A stretch of DNA of 57,321 nt from a virus (taxonomy: Duplodnaviria > Caudoviricetes), in the IMG/VR virus record IMGVR_UViG_3300044723_001057, positions 1-57,321 of that record, one strand, 5' to 3'. The stretch's first letter is position 1. Every line of letters starts with the position of its first letter. Of this stretch, positions 10,001 through 18,803 are shown piece by piece. A model generated the notes under the pieces. The model searched no databases. It was not told where the DNA came from and saw nothing but the letters and a program-made list of their open reading frames with translations. The position numbers were made by a program, and so were the translations under genes.

Positions 10001-10871
10001 AACTATTGCCTCTTTCTTCCAACCCACCTTCACGGACATCATCACTTGCTGCATTTGTATATTTGTTTACTGCTGATAATACAGCCATATTATTAGTCGG
10101 GCTATCCGGCACGACATCGCTTGCGGCTAGGTTGGTTGCAGTAAAGTCATTGGTGTTGCCAGATAGGTCATCGCCTATTGCCGCACTATCTGCGAATGAG
10201 AGGTAGAAGCCGTTAGTGCCATAGCTACCGCTGTATGCTTTTGGCACCCAGACACCGTTGTTGGTTTCACCAAATTCTGTAGGTGCTACTACACTGCCAT
10301 CTATGACATGCATCTCTGCGAGGTAGCCATCAAAGTGATAAGTTGATGCATCAGTGTCATCACCAATGTAAGTTGTAACTCCATTTTGCAGTAATCGGCT
10401 GGCTGTATCATCTGGCACAAATGTTCCGCTGGTTGTTCCAGTTATCAATTCTCCATTTACATAGACCTTGTGTATGTTTGCGCCAGTTTGGTCTTGACTA
10501 TCCGCTTGAGCAACAATGTGATACCAAGCTGAAGTATCACGAAATACTTGGTCACTTGTAAAACTAGTGTATCCAGTATTGTATGCGTTAAAGACTAAGT
10601 TATCGCTTGTATTAAAATGCAAAAACGCACTACTACCGCTTTTGGCAAATATAATAGTGCTTCTGATGCCTAGATTAGAACGTTTAACCCATACAGATAT
10701 TGTGAGTATTTTGGTATTAGTTTGTGCTGTAATATAGGCTTTTGTTAAGCTGGGTTCATCATCAGCATTAAAACGCAAAGACTGGTCAATGCTGTAGGGA
10801 TATACAGCACCGCCACCACCTGCAGAGGTAGCACCAGATGAAAACCAAAATGGATTATTAGACAAACTCAT
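7068..10871 (-). CDS. Receptor-binding/tail fibre protein with two LamG-like + SPRY-like modules
   Basis: 1267 aa; duplicated SLRxN...D.SAWxH...GYLAE...YGxNGFYL...DSPT; GKWYWEV and GDIIGVALDLD SPRY motifs. Confidence 0.75.
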   Translation of the reverse strand: MSLSNNPFWFSSGATSAGGGGAVYPYSIDQSLRFNADDEPSLTKAYITAQTNTKILTISVWVKRSNLGIRSTIIFAKSGSSAFLHFNTSDNLVFNAYNTGYTSFTSDQVFRDTSAWYHIVAQADSQDQTGANIHKVYVNGELITGTTSGTFVPDDTASRLLQNGVTTYIGDDTDASTYHFDGYLAEMHVIDGSVVAPTEFGETNNGVWVPKAYSGSYGTNGFYLSFADSAAIGDDLSGNTNDFTATNLAASDVVPDSPTNNMAVLSAVNKYTNAASDDVREGGLEERGNSSGYAGTVTFDATDTDGYYYEVTHTGTPGAGCTHGMMNFTDSINQYGGIPGDSDRSGWWGVYRRGAGGGNTFWYYLDGVQTGDLSVAGAANDVWMYLIKDGKFYIGRNGTWFNSADPSAGTGYYDSGLTGTDWTIFSGNGYNVTGGHKIRVDRNLWDYGDASYKEIKASNIADPAIGPQLASGQQSDDYFEPILYTGTGATQHIGSGGAQHPIDVVTVGNSLRLNDDDTSYLSVTYSDAGTSTAIGTFSFWIKRGELGGSQDNIYFEASGYGGVQFRSDKLSLNSFDSSNTQVIVESDTTITDTSAWHHCVVAINGTNGTVKFYIDGVETSQTVTVGSLASGKSWDILSYDSRYNFYISSNSSSNCWDGYLAEYYYIDGQELDPTSFGQYGSNGYWIPKAYSGTYGDNGFYLDFSDNSTANALGTDSSGNANNFSATNIATTDQMGDSPTQNFATLDPNYVNSTTQTFAEGNLDFSSTQTGTNPAVVSTFAVNTGKWYWEVYIRTDAGSNSVGIAKKPNNLQSDSYALYNSADSYQYQTDGNKRNNSSSTSYGDAWTTGDIIGVALDLDAGTVKFYKNGTVQNSGTPAFTSLSSTEGFTSYSLVYQGGAQVYNFGADDSFAGNATGGAGAADGNGYGSFYYTPPTGFLALVDDNIPVEGITSPDFTWIKSRTSTYNHQLVNSVVGYPNGTLLSDASDAEYTAFPRVDSRDYNGFTVSTPAQVNLSGGSYVSWNWKAGGTASTIAVDTYSTGVPSIASSVSANQDAGFSIVSYTGNLTTGATVGHGLLETPEIIFVKNRDSAQNWTVWNKDLTSERVLYLNLTAAENNAPANFGTHTNQVFGVDNGVETNGSGNAMIAYCFHSVEGYSKVGSYVGNANANGPFVYTGFRPAFLLTKMKTNGSQWTIIDNTRNTYNPVSNGLVANTNAAEVTGSSAATPFVDFVSNGFKIRSSQAQMNQNNDTFIYLAFAEQPFKYANAR

Positions 10872-10882
10872 TTATATAACTC

Positions 10883-13300
10883 CTATGCGAAAGCTTTTGT
10901 AGCTGCGCCTAAATAAATAGTACCTGTAACTTCTACATAATAAGGAACAACATCTACTGCATCTGCTGCAGTTGACAATGTAATACCTGAACCACCTGCT
11001 GTTTTATACTCAGAACCAAGGGAAAGCAACCTAGTTCCAGTTGCATCCTGTTTGAATACAAAGACACCGCCCATGCCACCTACTTCTGTAGTAGGATTAC
11101 CAAGTGTCATGTCACCTACAAGTGTCCATGTAAAGCTGTTATATGAACTAAAGTCAGGTGTTGTTGTAGCATTAACAGATGCCGTATGTACAGCATTTAC
11201 TATATTACCAGTTAATGTGCCGCCAGACAAGGGTAAATGATTACCAATTGAAGTTGCCAGTGCGCTAGATACTGTAGCAATTACACTGTTAATAGAAGTA
11301 ATAGCATTTGTATTCGTAGTAATGTTTGTGTTACTATTGTCTATACTTGTTGCCATAGTAGCTGACAGAGCAGTAATAACACTATTAATAGATGTTGTTA
11401 CATTATTAATAGATGTAATAGCGTTAGTATTAGTAGTAATATTAGTATTGCTGTTGTCAATAGATGTAGCCATTGTAGCTGACAAAGCAGCAATAGTCGC
11501 TGATGAAGGAACACCAGATACTGAGATTACACGGCTTGCATTAATATTAATACCTGAACCTGCAGTATAAACAAGAGCAGAACTAAACTGTACAAAGGTA
11601 ATGTCTGTAGTGCCAAATGTAATTGTGCCTACATTATTACATACATAAGCTTCACCTGCACCAGTGTCACCTTCTTGTACATAGAAGTAAGAACCACCAT
11701 CCAGACCATCTGCAGTTGTTGGCTCATAGCTATCCGCATCTGTTGCACGTGTGAGTACCCAATTAGTAGAACCAGAACCTACATCAGTAACTGTATATAC
11801 ACCATTCTGTGTAGCATCTGCTTGTGTATAAATAAGAACACGGTCACTAGTTGAAAGTGTTACACCGTCAATTGACAATGCTGCTTGAGTATCTGCATTA
11901 GTAAGTGTTGCACCAACACCTGATGTACCATTATCATATGTAACTGTTAGTGCTGAAGGTGATTCAACACGTACAGCATCATGGAAGTGAATAGCTGCGG
12001 CTGTTAAGTTATCTACATATTGTTTAGTAGCGGCTCCTAAATTTGCAGAAGGGTCTGCATTAAGAACAAGGTTGCCTGTCATAGTTCCACCAGCAAGTGG
12101 TAGATGATTACCTATAGATGTTGCTAATGCCGCTGATACTGTTGCCAATTGTGCGCCAGTAACAAAGCCTGTACCATCACCAATCACTGAGTTAATAGAA
12201 GTAATAGCTGCAGTATTGACTGATGTTAATGCACTAACTGCCGCAATAACTGTGTTGCTATTGTCAATAGAAGTTGCCATAGTTGCAGACAATGCAGTAA
12301 TAACACTGTTGATTGACGTAATGGCATTAGTATTTGTTGTGATGTTTGTATTAGAGTTGTCAATGCTAGTAGCCATGGTTGCAGATAGTGTAGCTACAGT
12401 CGCAGACATTGCAACATTGTCACCACCTATAACAAAGGCAGTAGCTGACACAGTATCAAAAGATTGGTTAGCATCTATAACAATTGTACCAGAGCCAGTA
12501 ACACCTGTTACAGTTGTTGAGTTTTCTAATAAGTGAATGCCAGTACCTGCAGTCATTGCAGTCATTGTACCTGCACCTGCAAGACCTGTAATGTTAGAAC
12601 CATCACCATATAAGTAAGTAGCACTAACTACACTTGTTGCAATATTACCTGCAGTAAGTTTACCACTTACTGAAGCATCCCATTCAACAGTAAGGTTACC
12701 AGTACTATGAATATCATTTGATACAGAAAGTTTACCTTGAATATTTGTTACACCAACAACATCAAGTGTACCACTTACTGATACATTGTTTTCTATTGTA
12801 AGAGAAGAACCACTAAATGTACCACCTACAAATGAATTAGCTGATACAGTATTAGCAACTGTTACATCAGTAATACGACCATAGGCATCTACTGTAAACT
12901 GACTTAACCCATAAGTACCTGCAGATACACTTGTCTGTGTCAGAGCAAATGTTGGATTACCTGCTGTACCGTTTGCATTGGTAATGGTAACACCTGCAGA
13001 ACCTGTAAGTGTGCGTCCATACTTACTGTCACCTGATTCAACTACAATACCAGTAACAGATGTTGCACCTGCTGCAGCAGTATTAAGCTGTTCTGCAGTT
13101 GCTACAAGTTGTGTACCATTAATTTGAATTGTACCTGTCAGATTAATCCCTGACTGAGAAAGCTGCAGTGTAGAGTTACGTCCTGCACCATCCTGAACAT
13201 AAACAAACTGACCTGACCCAAAGCCATTGCTATTTATATCAGATGTTTGTAAAAGATTCTTGTATGAATCTGCTATGAGTTTTCCAGTTAAATCTGCCAT
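10883..13300 (-). CDS. Tail fibre protein with coiled-coil repeats
   Basis: 805 aa from ATG 13300 (overlaps upstream stop); LPLAGGTMTG, AATKQYVD and NGVYTV...WVLTRATDAD fibre motifs; LSATMATSIDNSN x4. Confidence 0.75.
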   Translation of the reverse strand: MADLTGKLIADSYKNLLQTSDINSNGFGSGQFVYVQDGAGRNSTLQLSQSGINLTGTIQINGTQLVATAEQLNTAAAGATSVTGIVVESGDSKYGRTLTGSAGVTITNANGTAGNPTFALTQTSVSAGTYGLSQFTVDAYGRITDVTVANTVSANSFVGGTFSGSSLTIENNVSVSGTLDVVGVTNIQGKLSVSNDIHSTGNLTVEWDASVSGKLTAGNIATSVVSATYLYGDGSNITGLAGAGTMTAMTAGTGIHLLENSTTVTGVTGSGTIVIDANQSFDTVSATAFVIGGDNVAMSATVATLSATMATSIDNSNTNITTNTNAITSINSVITALSATMATSIDNSNTVIAAVSALTSVNTAAITSINSVIGDGTGFVTGAQLATVSAALATSIGNHLPLAGGTMTGNLVLNADPSANLGAATKQYVDNLTAAAIHFHDAVRVESPSALTVTYDNGTSGVGATLTNADTQAALSIDGVTLSTSDRVLIYTQADATQNGVYTVTDVGSGSTNWVLTRATDADSYEPTTADGLDGGSYFYVQEGDTGAGEAYVCNNVGTITFGTTDITFVQFSSALVYTAGSGININASRVISVSGVPSSATIAALSATMATSIDNSNTNITTNTNAITSINNVTTSINSVITALSATMATSIDNSNTNITTNTNAITSINSVIATVSSALATSIGNHLPLSGGTLTGNIVNAVHTASVNATTTPDFSSYNSFTWTLVGDMTLGNPTTEVGGMGGVFVFKQDATGTRLLSLGSEYKTAGGSGITLSTAADAVDVVPYYVEVTGTIYLGAATKAFA

Positions 13301-13578
13301 TATATCAAATTCCAATACTTGAGGTTATTATTAAATGTAATGGTTACTGCAGTCCATGCACCATTTCTATCTGCATTAGATTCTGGGCGAATGTCACGAA
13401 TAAAATCTTTTTCGTCTATTCGGGGTGATTTATTCTGTGGGTGGTTTTTTAAATCATAGCTACCATCAAAGTCATTATTACAGACCATAAGCCCATAACT
13501 ATTCTTTTTTAGTTGGTTTAGCTTATATCTAAATCCACATACGTCACATACACCATATACATTCTTAGCAGTAGCCAT
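13300..13578 (-). CDS. Hypothetical protein with CxxC motif
   Basis: 92 aa; CDVCGFRY...LMVC...HPQ. Confidence 0.65.
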   Translation of the reverse strand: MATAKNVYGVCDVCGFRYKLNQLKKNSYGLMVCNNDFDGSYDLKNHPQNKSPRIDEKDFIRDIRPESNADRNGAWTAVTITFNNNLKYWNLI

Positions 13579-14250
13579 CTATAAGGATACCTTTGGTTTA
13601 AAGAAAATACTTACACGTTCTCTATCTTCTTCCATTGCACGTCCAAGACGTTCTTCGTATTCCTGTTTAATAAGTTGAATACGGTTCATGTCTACACCCG
13701 GACGTTTCATAGACATTTGATAAGCAAGTCCTGCAGTAAGACAAGGAAGAAACCTACGAGAAATATCTGCATTCTGAAATGCAGACTTATCTACATCTTC
13801 CATGTAACGTACAATCTCAAGCTTTACTTGGTCAGTATTATTTTCTGGAATAGGCCACAAATGAACTACAGGATTACCACGTTCATGTCGTACTGCATAC
13901 TGTGTTGTACGTCCTGTTTGGCCTTTATTAGGTATCTTCAAGTATTCCTGCATAGAAATACGTTCTAACTGTGTGTCAGTATTATCACGATTAACTACAG
14001 CTTCAAGTACGTCAATGGTTGCAGAAGCAAGAGGAAAGGTAGTAACACTTGTTGTCAATGTAACTGCAGACGTATTGGCAGTCCACAGCATAACGCCACG
14101 GTTCTGCCAGTCTTGTAGGATAAGGTTAATAGAACGCCTTGCAGACTTAGGCTCGTGACCAAGAGTTTCTTCGCCCCCAATCATTTCCATAGCTTCTTGG
14201 ATAACTTCGTCTATATCCATAGAAAAATTAAATGTACCTGAAGTAGCCAT
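13579..14250 (-). CDS. Head-tail connector/adaptor-like protein
   Basis: 223 aa; ARRSINLILQDWQNRG and LWPIP motifs; position before fibre genes. Confidence 0.6.
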   Translation of the reverse strand: MATSGTFNFSMDIDEVIQEAMEMIGGEETLGHEPKSARRSINLILQDWQNRGVMLWTANTSAVTLTTSVTTFPLASATIDVLEAVVNRDNTDTQLERISMQEYLKIPNKGQTGRTTQYAVRHERGNPVVHLWPIPENNTDQVKLEIVRYMEDVDKSAFQNADISRRFLPCLTAGLAYQMSMKRPGVDMNRIQLIKQEYEERLGRAMEEDRERVSIFFKPKVSL

Positions 14251-14383
14251 TAATACAACCTATTCTTTCGTATAGAAACCTTTGATTTGGGCTTCCCATT
14301 CTTTTTTCCAGAAGTCTTTGTCAATTTCTTGGTCAATCCGGGCTTCATAATTTGCTGCCCTACACTTCCACGATTTATAGCCA

Positions 14384-14773
14384 TTAGTAAAGCCTGTTGC
14401 AGCCTGACCCAACTTTGCCACCAGCCTTCTTTCGTTGTAGTGACTTCTTTGACTTTGGTAATTTTTTAGGCATCGGGATATCTGCACTCTTTTCTTTAAG
14501 CACCATATATCCATCTTTAATTTCGTAACGCGGAGCGTTTGGGTCAACTGACATTCCATATTCATTTCTCATTGCTATATTCGGTTTACGTTTAGGAGTA
14601 GCCATTTTACCCCCTGATTTCTTTTTTACCGTAGATACATTCTTACCAGTAAGTAGTTTATAAATAGTAGCATAAGGCATACCACTTTCATCTTTTAGAC
14701 CCTTACGTGCTTTAGCTGCTATTTCTTGATAAGCACCTTTATCTAACATTTTTTGAATATTATCTTTAGCCAT
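14384..14773 (-). CDS. Lys-rich basic protein
   Basis: 129 aa; KKSGGKM and KKAGGKV motifs; ends CNRLY. Confidence 0.65.
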   Translation of the reverse strand: MAKDNIQKMLDKGAYQEIAAKARKGLKDESGMPYATIYKLLTGKNVSTVKKKSGGKMATPKRKPNIAMRNEYGMSVDPNAPRYEIKDGYMVLKEKSADIPMPKKLPKSKKSLQRKKAGGKVGSGCNRLY

Positions 14774-14776
14774 TAC

Positions 14777-15139
14777 TTATTTCCCCTTACCATACTTCTT
14801 ATGTTGCTGAGTTTTTGGTGGACTTTTTTTAGACTTGCCCGGTCCAGCCCATAATACTTTATCGGCCCAATAAGCAGCACTAAGCTTGCCCTTACTAATA
14901 TTTTTTCCATGGCGGCTTTTAAAAGATTTACGAGCCGTTGGTGAATAGTTATGTCCATATCCTTTTGCTCCAAAGTGAATAAGCTTAACTGTTTCTCCCT
15001 CTTTGGCAAGAACCATTCCTTTCTTTTCTGGACGGTCTGACTTACGAGGTTTATTAAATCCTGCAAATTTTTTACCACGATATTCTATGCCTCCTGATGG
15101 CAAACGCTTTACTCCGGGATATTTAGAAGAAGGGGCCAT
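14777..15139 (-). CDS. Basic hypothetical protein (DUF5754-like pattern)
   Basis: 120 aa; IHFGAKGY...SFKSRH...SAAYWA..LW. Confidence 0.55.
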   Translation of the reverse strand: MAPSSKYPGVKRLPSGGIEYRGKKFAGFNKPRKSDRPEKKGMVLAKEGETVKLIHFGAKGYGHNYSPTARKSFKSRHGKNISKGKLSAAYWADKVLWAGPGKSKKSPPKTQQHKKYGKGK

Positions 15140-15140
15140 A

Positions 15141-15404
15141 CTACTTTACTTTCCTATATTTCCTAACTTTCTTTGCGACAGTCTTAGGCTGCTTAACGAA
15201 TTGTTTTCCCTGCTTAGTTCCTGCTCTTTTCGCTGCCGAAGTCTTTTGGTATTCTTTGGCTGATAAAGCCTTGATTGCCTTTGCTGGTAAGTAGCGTTCC
15301 CCGGTAGCCTTTGAACCTTGAGTAGAGGGCTTACCACTCTTGGTTCTCCACTTTTGCTTTGTCCAAGCCTTCAAACTCCTTTGTGGTTTTTTTAAGTTTG
15401 CCAT
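15141..15404 (-). CDS. Basic protein resembling the C-terminal half of DUF5872
   Basis: 87 aa; QRSLKAWTKQKW...ERYLP...GKQFV. Confidence 0.6.
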   Translation of the reverse strand: MANLKKPQRSLKAWTKQKWRTKSGKPSTQGSKATGERYLPAKAIKALSAKEYQKTSAAKRAGTKQGKQFVKQPKTVAKKVRKYRKVK

Positions 15405-15423
15405 TTAACATTTCCTTATTATA

Positions 15424-15876
15424 TCACTGTATTCCTTCGTACACAAACCAAATAAATGGTATTAAGAAAGATAAAAAGAATACAATCAAACCTATAATAG
15501 TAAGGTTGTATATTAACTGCTCACGTTCCTGTGCTATTCTAGCAGCTTCTTCTTTTTGTTTCTTTCTAAGTTCACCTTGAATACGTATAATCTCTTGCCA
15601 CGCATTCATACCATATTGGCCTATAATAAAATTACGTAGTTCATTTTCCATTTGCTCTGCTTTTTTCTTAGCGGCAAATGTTTCTAATGCTTCTTCTTCT
15701 ACACTACCAAATCTTCGTCCCTTGGCAACATTGTGTTCTTTCTTAACATGGTGAATGGCGTTCATCCAACGCCCTAAATCACCTGCCATAGATTCTACTT
15801 CTTTGCCTACTTCAAATCCTTTTTTAATTGCATTGTAGGCAGTTGTTGCTGCAGCTATTGCTGTAATTGGGTCCAT
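15424..15876 (-). CDS. Membrane-anchored coiled-coil protein
   Basis: 150 aa; MDPITAIAAA start; C-terminal transmembrane helix. Confidence 0.7.
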   Translation of the reverse strand: MDPITAIAAATTAYNAIKKGFEVGKEVESMAGDLGRWMNAIHHVKKEHNVAKGRRFGSVEEEALETFAAKKKAEQMENELRNFIIGQYGMNAWQEIIRIQGELRKKQKEEAARIAQEREQLIYNLTIIGLIVFFLSFLIPFIWFVYEGIQ

Positions 15877-15888
15877 AACTAATCCCTT

Positions 15889-16068
15889 CTACTTAGGTAT
15901 AGGTTTACATACTGCAGTAATACTAATTCTTTTTCCATCTCCTATAGGTACTGGCCTTTGCTTAGATAGCTTTTCTGCAAAGTAAAGACACCTGTCCATG
16001 TCTACAAATCTCTGCGTCTGGTCTATAAGTGTTGCACCCATATATACGACAAGCACAAACTCAATCAT
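15889..16068 (-). CDS. Small Cys-containing protein with hydrophobic N-terminus
   Basis: Read manually: MIEFVLVVYMG...FVDMDRC...ITAVCKPIPK, 59 aa; fills the gap between two genes. Confidence 0.65.
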   Translation of the reverse strand: MIEFVLVVYMGATLIDQTQRFVDMDRCLYFAEKLSKQRPVPIGDGKRISITAVCKPIPK

Positions 16069-16069
16069 A

Positions 16070-16405
16070 TTACATAGGGTCTTTATTTAAACGACTATGG
16101 TCTTTCATAATAAACTCTAGTTCTTTTTCTAGTACAGCAATACGGCCTTTAATTCTAATTTGTTCAGTCATAATCATACTGACAGAGTTTTCCATTTCCC
16201 AAAGACCATCAACTTGGTTTTTTAATTCTTCTACATCACGCTTCATATTTACGTTTTCTTCTATAGCCATGCGGCTAGACATTTCACTGACAGTCTTTTC
16301 TAGTGAATTAATAGTAGAGGCTTGTTGGCTTACCCACCAAACACCACCAGAGATTTGCATGACCATTGCAATAACAAGAGCAATAGGTAGTTTCATATTA
16401 TCCAT
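16070..16405 (-). CDS. Membrane-anchored coiled-coil protein
   Basis: 111 aa; N-terminal TM segment followed by heptad-rich helix. Confidence 0.65.
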   Translation of the reverse strand: MDNMKLPIALVIAMVMQISGGVWWVSQQASTINSLEKTVSEMSSRMAIEENVNMKRDVEELKNQVDGLWEMENSVSMIMTEQIRIKGRIAVLEKELEFIMKDHSRLNKDPM

Positions 16406-16564
16406 TTACTTGTCTGCCTCTACACAAAAACATTTATCATTGGGATTGTTAAAACCATGTTGGGTAACTGCAAGATGACAGCTAGAGATTGCATCATGCA
16501 TACTAATTACTTTTGCTTCCATATCCCATCTTGATGGCTCATTTGATAGGATAATACAAAACAT
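16406..16564 (-). CDS. Small Cys-containing protein
   Basis: 52 aa from ATG 16564 (MFCIILS...HDAISSC...CFC); start codon uncertain. Confidence 0.55.
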   Translation of the reverse strand: MFCIILSNEPSRWDMEAKVISMHDAISSCHLAVTQHGFNNPNDKCFCVEADK

Positions 16565-16571
16565 TAATACT

Positions 16572-16901
16572 TTATGACTTATAGCCGCCACCTGCTTTTT
16601 TATATTCAGTTGCTAGTAGTTGAGCCTTACGAGCAGACCACTGACCGGGTGCGCCACCTTTACCACCAGCTTTAATCTTTTCAAATAAACGCTTACGCAT
16701 AGTAGGCTTGGTATAGTTACCTGCCTTATTGACAGTAGATTTCTTAGCAACAGAACGTCCAGCAGCTAGTTTCTTGGGTTTAGATTTACCAGCTTTAGAT
16801 AGAGCAATAGCCACAGCTTGCTTCTGTGGCTTGCCCTCTTTTTTAAGAGTACGAATGTTTTTGCTAACTGTTTTAGCTGAACGTCCTTTTGCTAAAGGCA
16901 T
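16572..16901 (-). CDS. Basic protein resembling the N-terminal half of DUF5872
   Basis: 109 aa from ATG 16901; [12 protein letters not shown] then NYTKP...[29 protein letters not shown]. Confidence 0.65.
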   Translation of the reverse strand: MPLAKGRSAKTVSKNIRTLKKEGKPQKQAVAIALSKAGKSKPKKLAAGRSVAKKSTVNKAGNYTKPTMRKRLFEKIKAGGKGGAPGQWSARKAQLLATEYKKAGGGYKS

Positions 16902-16905
16902 TACA

Positions 16906-17883
16906 CTACCGCTTTCTTGCCTTGCCCCAACCACGCATTTGACGAGCAACTACGCTGTTGTTATTAGACTTAGTTCCTACCTTACCACCTTTTTTACGGT
17001 CACCAGTAGAAGATGCAGCTTTAAGACGTTTGATACGAGCAGCTTCATAGTCTGCTTTACCTGCAGCAAGATTACCTTGCTTGCCTGCAATAGCAGCTTT
17101 AGCAGCAGCAGAACCAGTGCCACCATACATCTTCATAAGGGCTGCACGTTCTTCAGCATTGCCCGGAAACTGATTACCTTTAGGACCAAAACCTGTATTA
17201 GGACCTGCACTAATAGGTTTAGTTGCTCCACGTTTTGCTGAACCACGTGTTGAAGGTCCTGAAGGTTGAGCAGCTTTTTTAGATGGTGCTTGACGACCCG
17301 GACCACCTTCTTTAGTTTTATACTTAGGTGTTGTTGGACCAGCTTTAGCAGACTTCTTATCATCACCTAATCCCATGTATGTACCAGTACCTACAGCAGC
17401 CAAACCTGCAGCAAGAGCAGCTTTACCTTTATTAGACAATCCTACAATTTTATCTGGCCCTGCTCCTTTAGGAGTAGTTACTGCAGTTGAACGACCAGTT
17501 CGTGATTGTCGCCTAGCTACGGCAGTTGAAGGGCGTTTAGCTACTGCAGTTCCCGGTTGTTTAGTTACTGCAGAAGGTTTGGTTGTAGTAACAGCAGTAC
17601 TTGCTGGTTTTTTACGACCAGTTGTACGGCTAACCTTTGGTTTAGCTTTCAAAGTAGGACGTGTAGCTTTAACACTAGGAGTTTGTGCTTGCACTTTACC
17701 ACGACCTGCACCTGCAGTTGGTTTAGAAAGAACAGGGCCTGTATCTTTTTTACGTCCAGTTCTACGACTAACTTTAGGTTTGGCTTTTAAAGCAGGACGT
17801 GTAGCTTTTACAGAAGGTCTAGCTGCTTTAACACCAATCCCCAAACGTTTTAAAATTTCACTTAGTGCTTTTGTTTTAGCCAT
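16906..17883 (-). CDS. Histone H1-like K/R/A/P-rich protein
   Basis: 325 aa from ATG 17883; internal 24-aa duplication; KKGGKV and RGWGKARKR end. Confidence 0.65.
   Translation of the reverse strand: MAKTKALSEILKRLGIGVKAARPSVKATRPALKAKPKVSRRTGRKKDTGPVLSKPTAGAGRGKVQAQTPSVKATRPTLKAKPKVSRTTGRKKPASTAVTTTKPSAVTKQPGTAVAKRPSTAVARRQSRTGRSTAVTTPKGAGPDKIVGLSNKGKAALAAGLAAVGTGTYMGLGDDKKSAKAGPTTPKYKTKEGGPGRQAPSKKAAQPSGPSTRGSAKRGATKPISAGPNTGFGPKGNQFPGNAEERAALMKMYGGTGSAAAKAAIAGKQGNLAAGKADYEAARIKRLKAASSTGDRKKGGKVGTKSNNNSVVARQMRGWGKARKR
17608..17817 (-). repeat. 72-bp imperfect intragenic duplication
   Basis: [24 protein letters not shown] (17746-17817) and [24 protein letters not shown] (17608-17679). Confidence 0.85.
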
Positions 17884-17887
17884 TGTC

Positions 17888-18409
17888 TTACTTCTTTCCC
17901 ATAGCCATACGCTGTTGTTGCGTAATTGCACCTACAGATTTACCAGATGCCATTTTCTTAGTAGCTTTAGCAGGTTTCTTATAAGGCATTTTTTTAGCAG
18001 CAGGACCAGAAGATGACATTGAACCGCCCTTCTTGCGGCGAACACCAGTCTTAGGGTCTACCTTAGTAAGACCAAGCATATCTGCAATCTCAGCCTTTGT
18101 CAAGCCAAGGTCTTTTACCATTTTTTCAAAATCTGATTTACCGCCTTTTACAGTTTTACCAGATGCCATTTTTTTAGTACCCATAATATTTGATTTACTT
18201 TTTTTAGGGTTATCTTTTTTTGTATACATTGTACTTTTCCCTTTCGTACTCTTAGGACTACCGCCCTTTTTCATAGTTAGCTTAATTGCCATATCAGCAA
18301 GGTCCATCATATCTATCACGTTAGCAGGTGATGCTGCGTACAATGTACCTAAAGTTTTTAAACCCCTTTTAATCCGACCGGGTTTCTTAGTCGTTTTATT
18401 TCCAGCCAT
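17888..18409 (-). CDS. Lys-rich basic protein
   Basis: 173 aa; KKGGS x2, KKMASGKxV x2. Confidence 0.65.
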   Translation of the reverse strand: MAGNKTTKKPGRIKRGLKTLGTLYAASPANVIDMMDLADMAIKLTMKKGGSPKSTKGKSTMYTKKDNPKKSKSNIMGTKKMASGKTVKGGKSDFEKMVKDLGLTKAEIADMLGLTKVDPKTGVRRKKGGSMSSSGPAAKKMPYKKPAKATKKMASGKSVGAITQQQRMAMGKK

Positions 18410-18803
18410 TATTTCATAGCCTTTCCATATCCACGTAAAGCTTTACCACATCCACGAGGTGAACTTACTTTACCACCTTTTTTAAATTGTTTATTTTTAA
18501 CAGTTTCATTTTGCTTAAACAGTTCATTTAATTTTTTAACAGAAGGACTAGAGGAAAACTTTTCTTTAAAAGCTTTTACACTCATTCCTTGTTTTTTAGC
18601 TTCTTCCTTAACTTTGTTTTGTTGACGAGTTAATGCTTTAACTGTTGCTGCATGGTGATGCCTAGCTTTAGCTGCTCTTTCTGTAATTGTTTCAGGTTTC
18701 TTTTTTAAAAGTTGACGACCAACAGTTATACCTTTTTTAATAAGTGAAGCAGCCATTACTTCATAGCCTTTCCATATCCACGAAGAGCCGCACCACATCC
18801 ACG
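18403..18803. repeat. 54-bp imperfect direct repeat at two successive gene junctions
   Basis: 18403-18456 vs 18750-18803; each encodes RGCGxALRGYGKAMK-stop plus ATGGCTG of the next gene. Confidence 0.85.
18409..18756 (-). CDS. Lys-rich basic protein
   Basis: 115 aa from ATG 18756; ends FKKGGKV...RGCGKALRGYGKAMK. Confidence 0.65.
   Translation of the reverse strand: MAASLIKKGITVGRQLLKKKPETITERAAKARHHHAATVKALTRQQNKVKEEAKKQGMSVKAFKEKFSSSPSVKKLNELFKQNETVKNKQFKKGGKVSSPRGCGKALRGYGKAMK

Noticed and set aside
7068-10871. Diversity-generating retroelement acting on the fibre
   Set aside because: No reverse transcriptase and no template/variable repeat pair differing only at adenines were seen.
14260-14565. 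101-aa alternative-frame ORF
   Set aside because: Mostly overlaps 14384-14773; only the last ~40 codons might be real or a remnant, and I cannot support a start.
17375-18016. 213-aa plus-strand ORF and similar antisense ORFs (2170, 16029, 16729, 19000, 24454, 28151)
   Set aside because: Shadows of minus-strand genes in a uniformly minus-strand, translationally coupled arm; no recognisable motifs.
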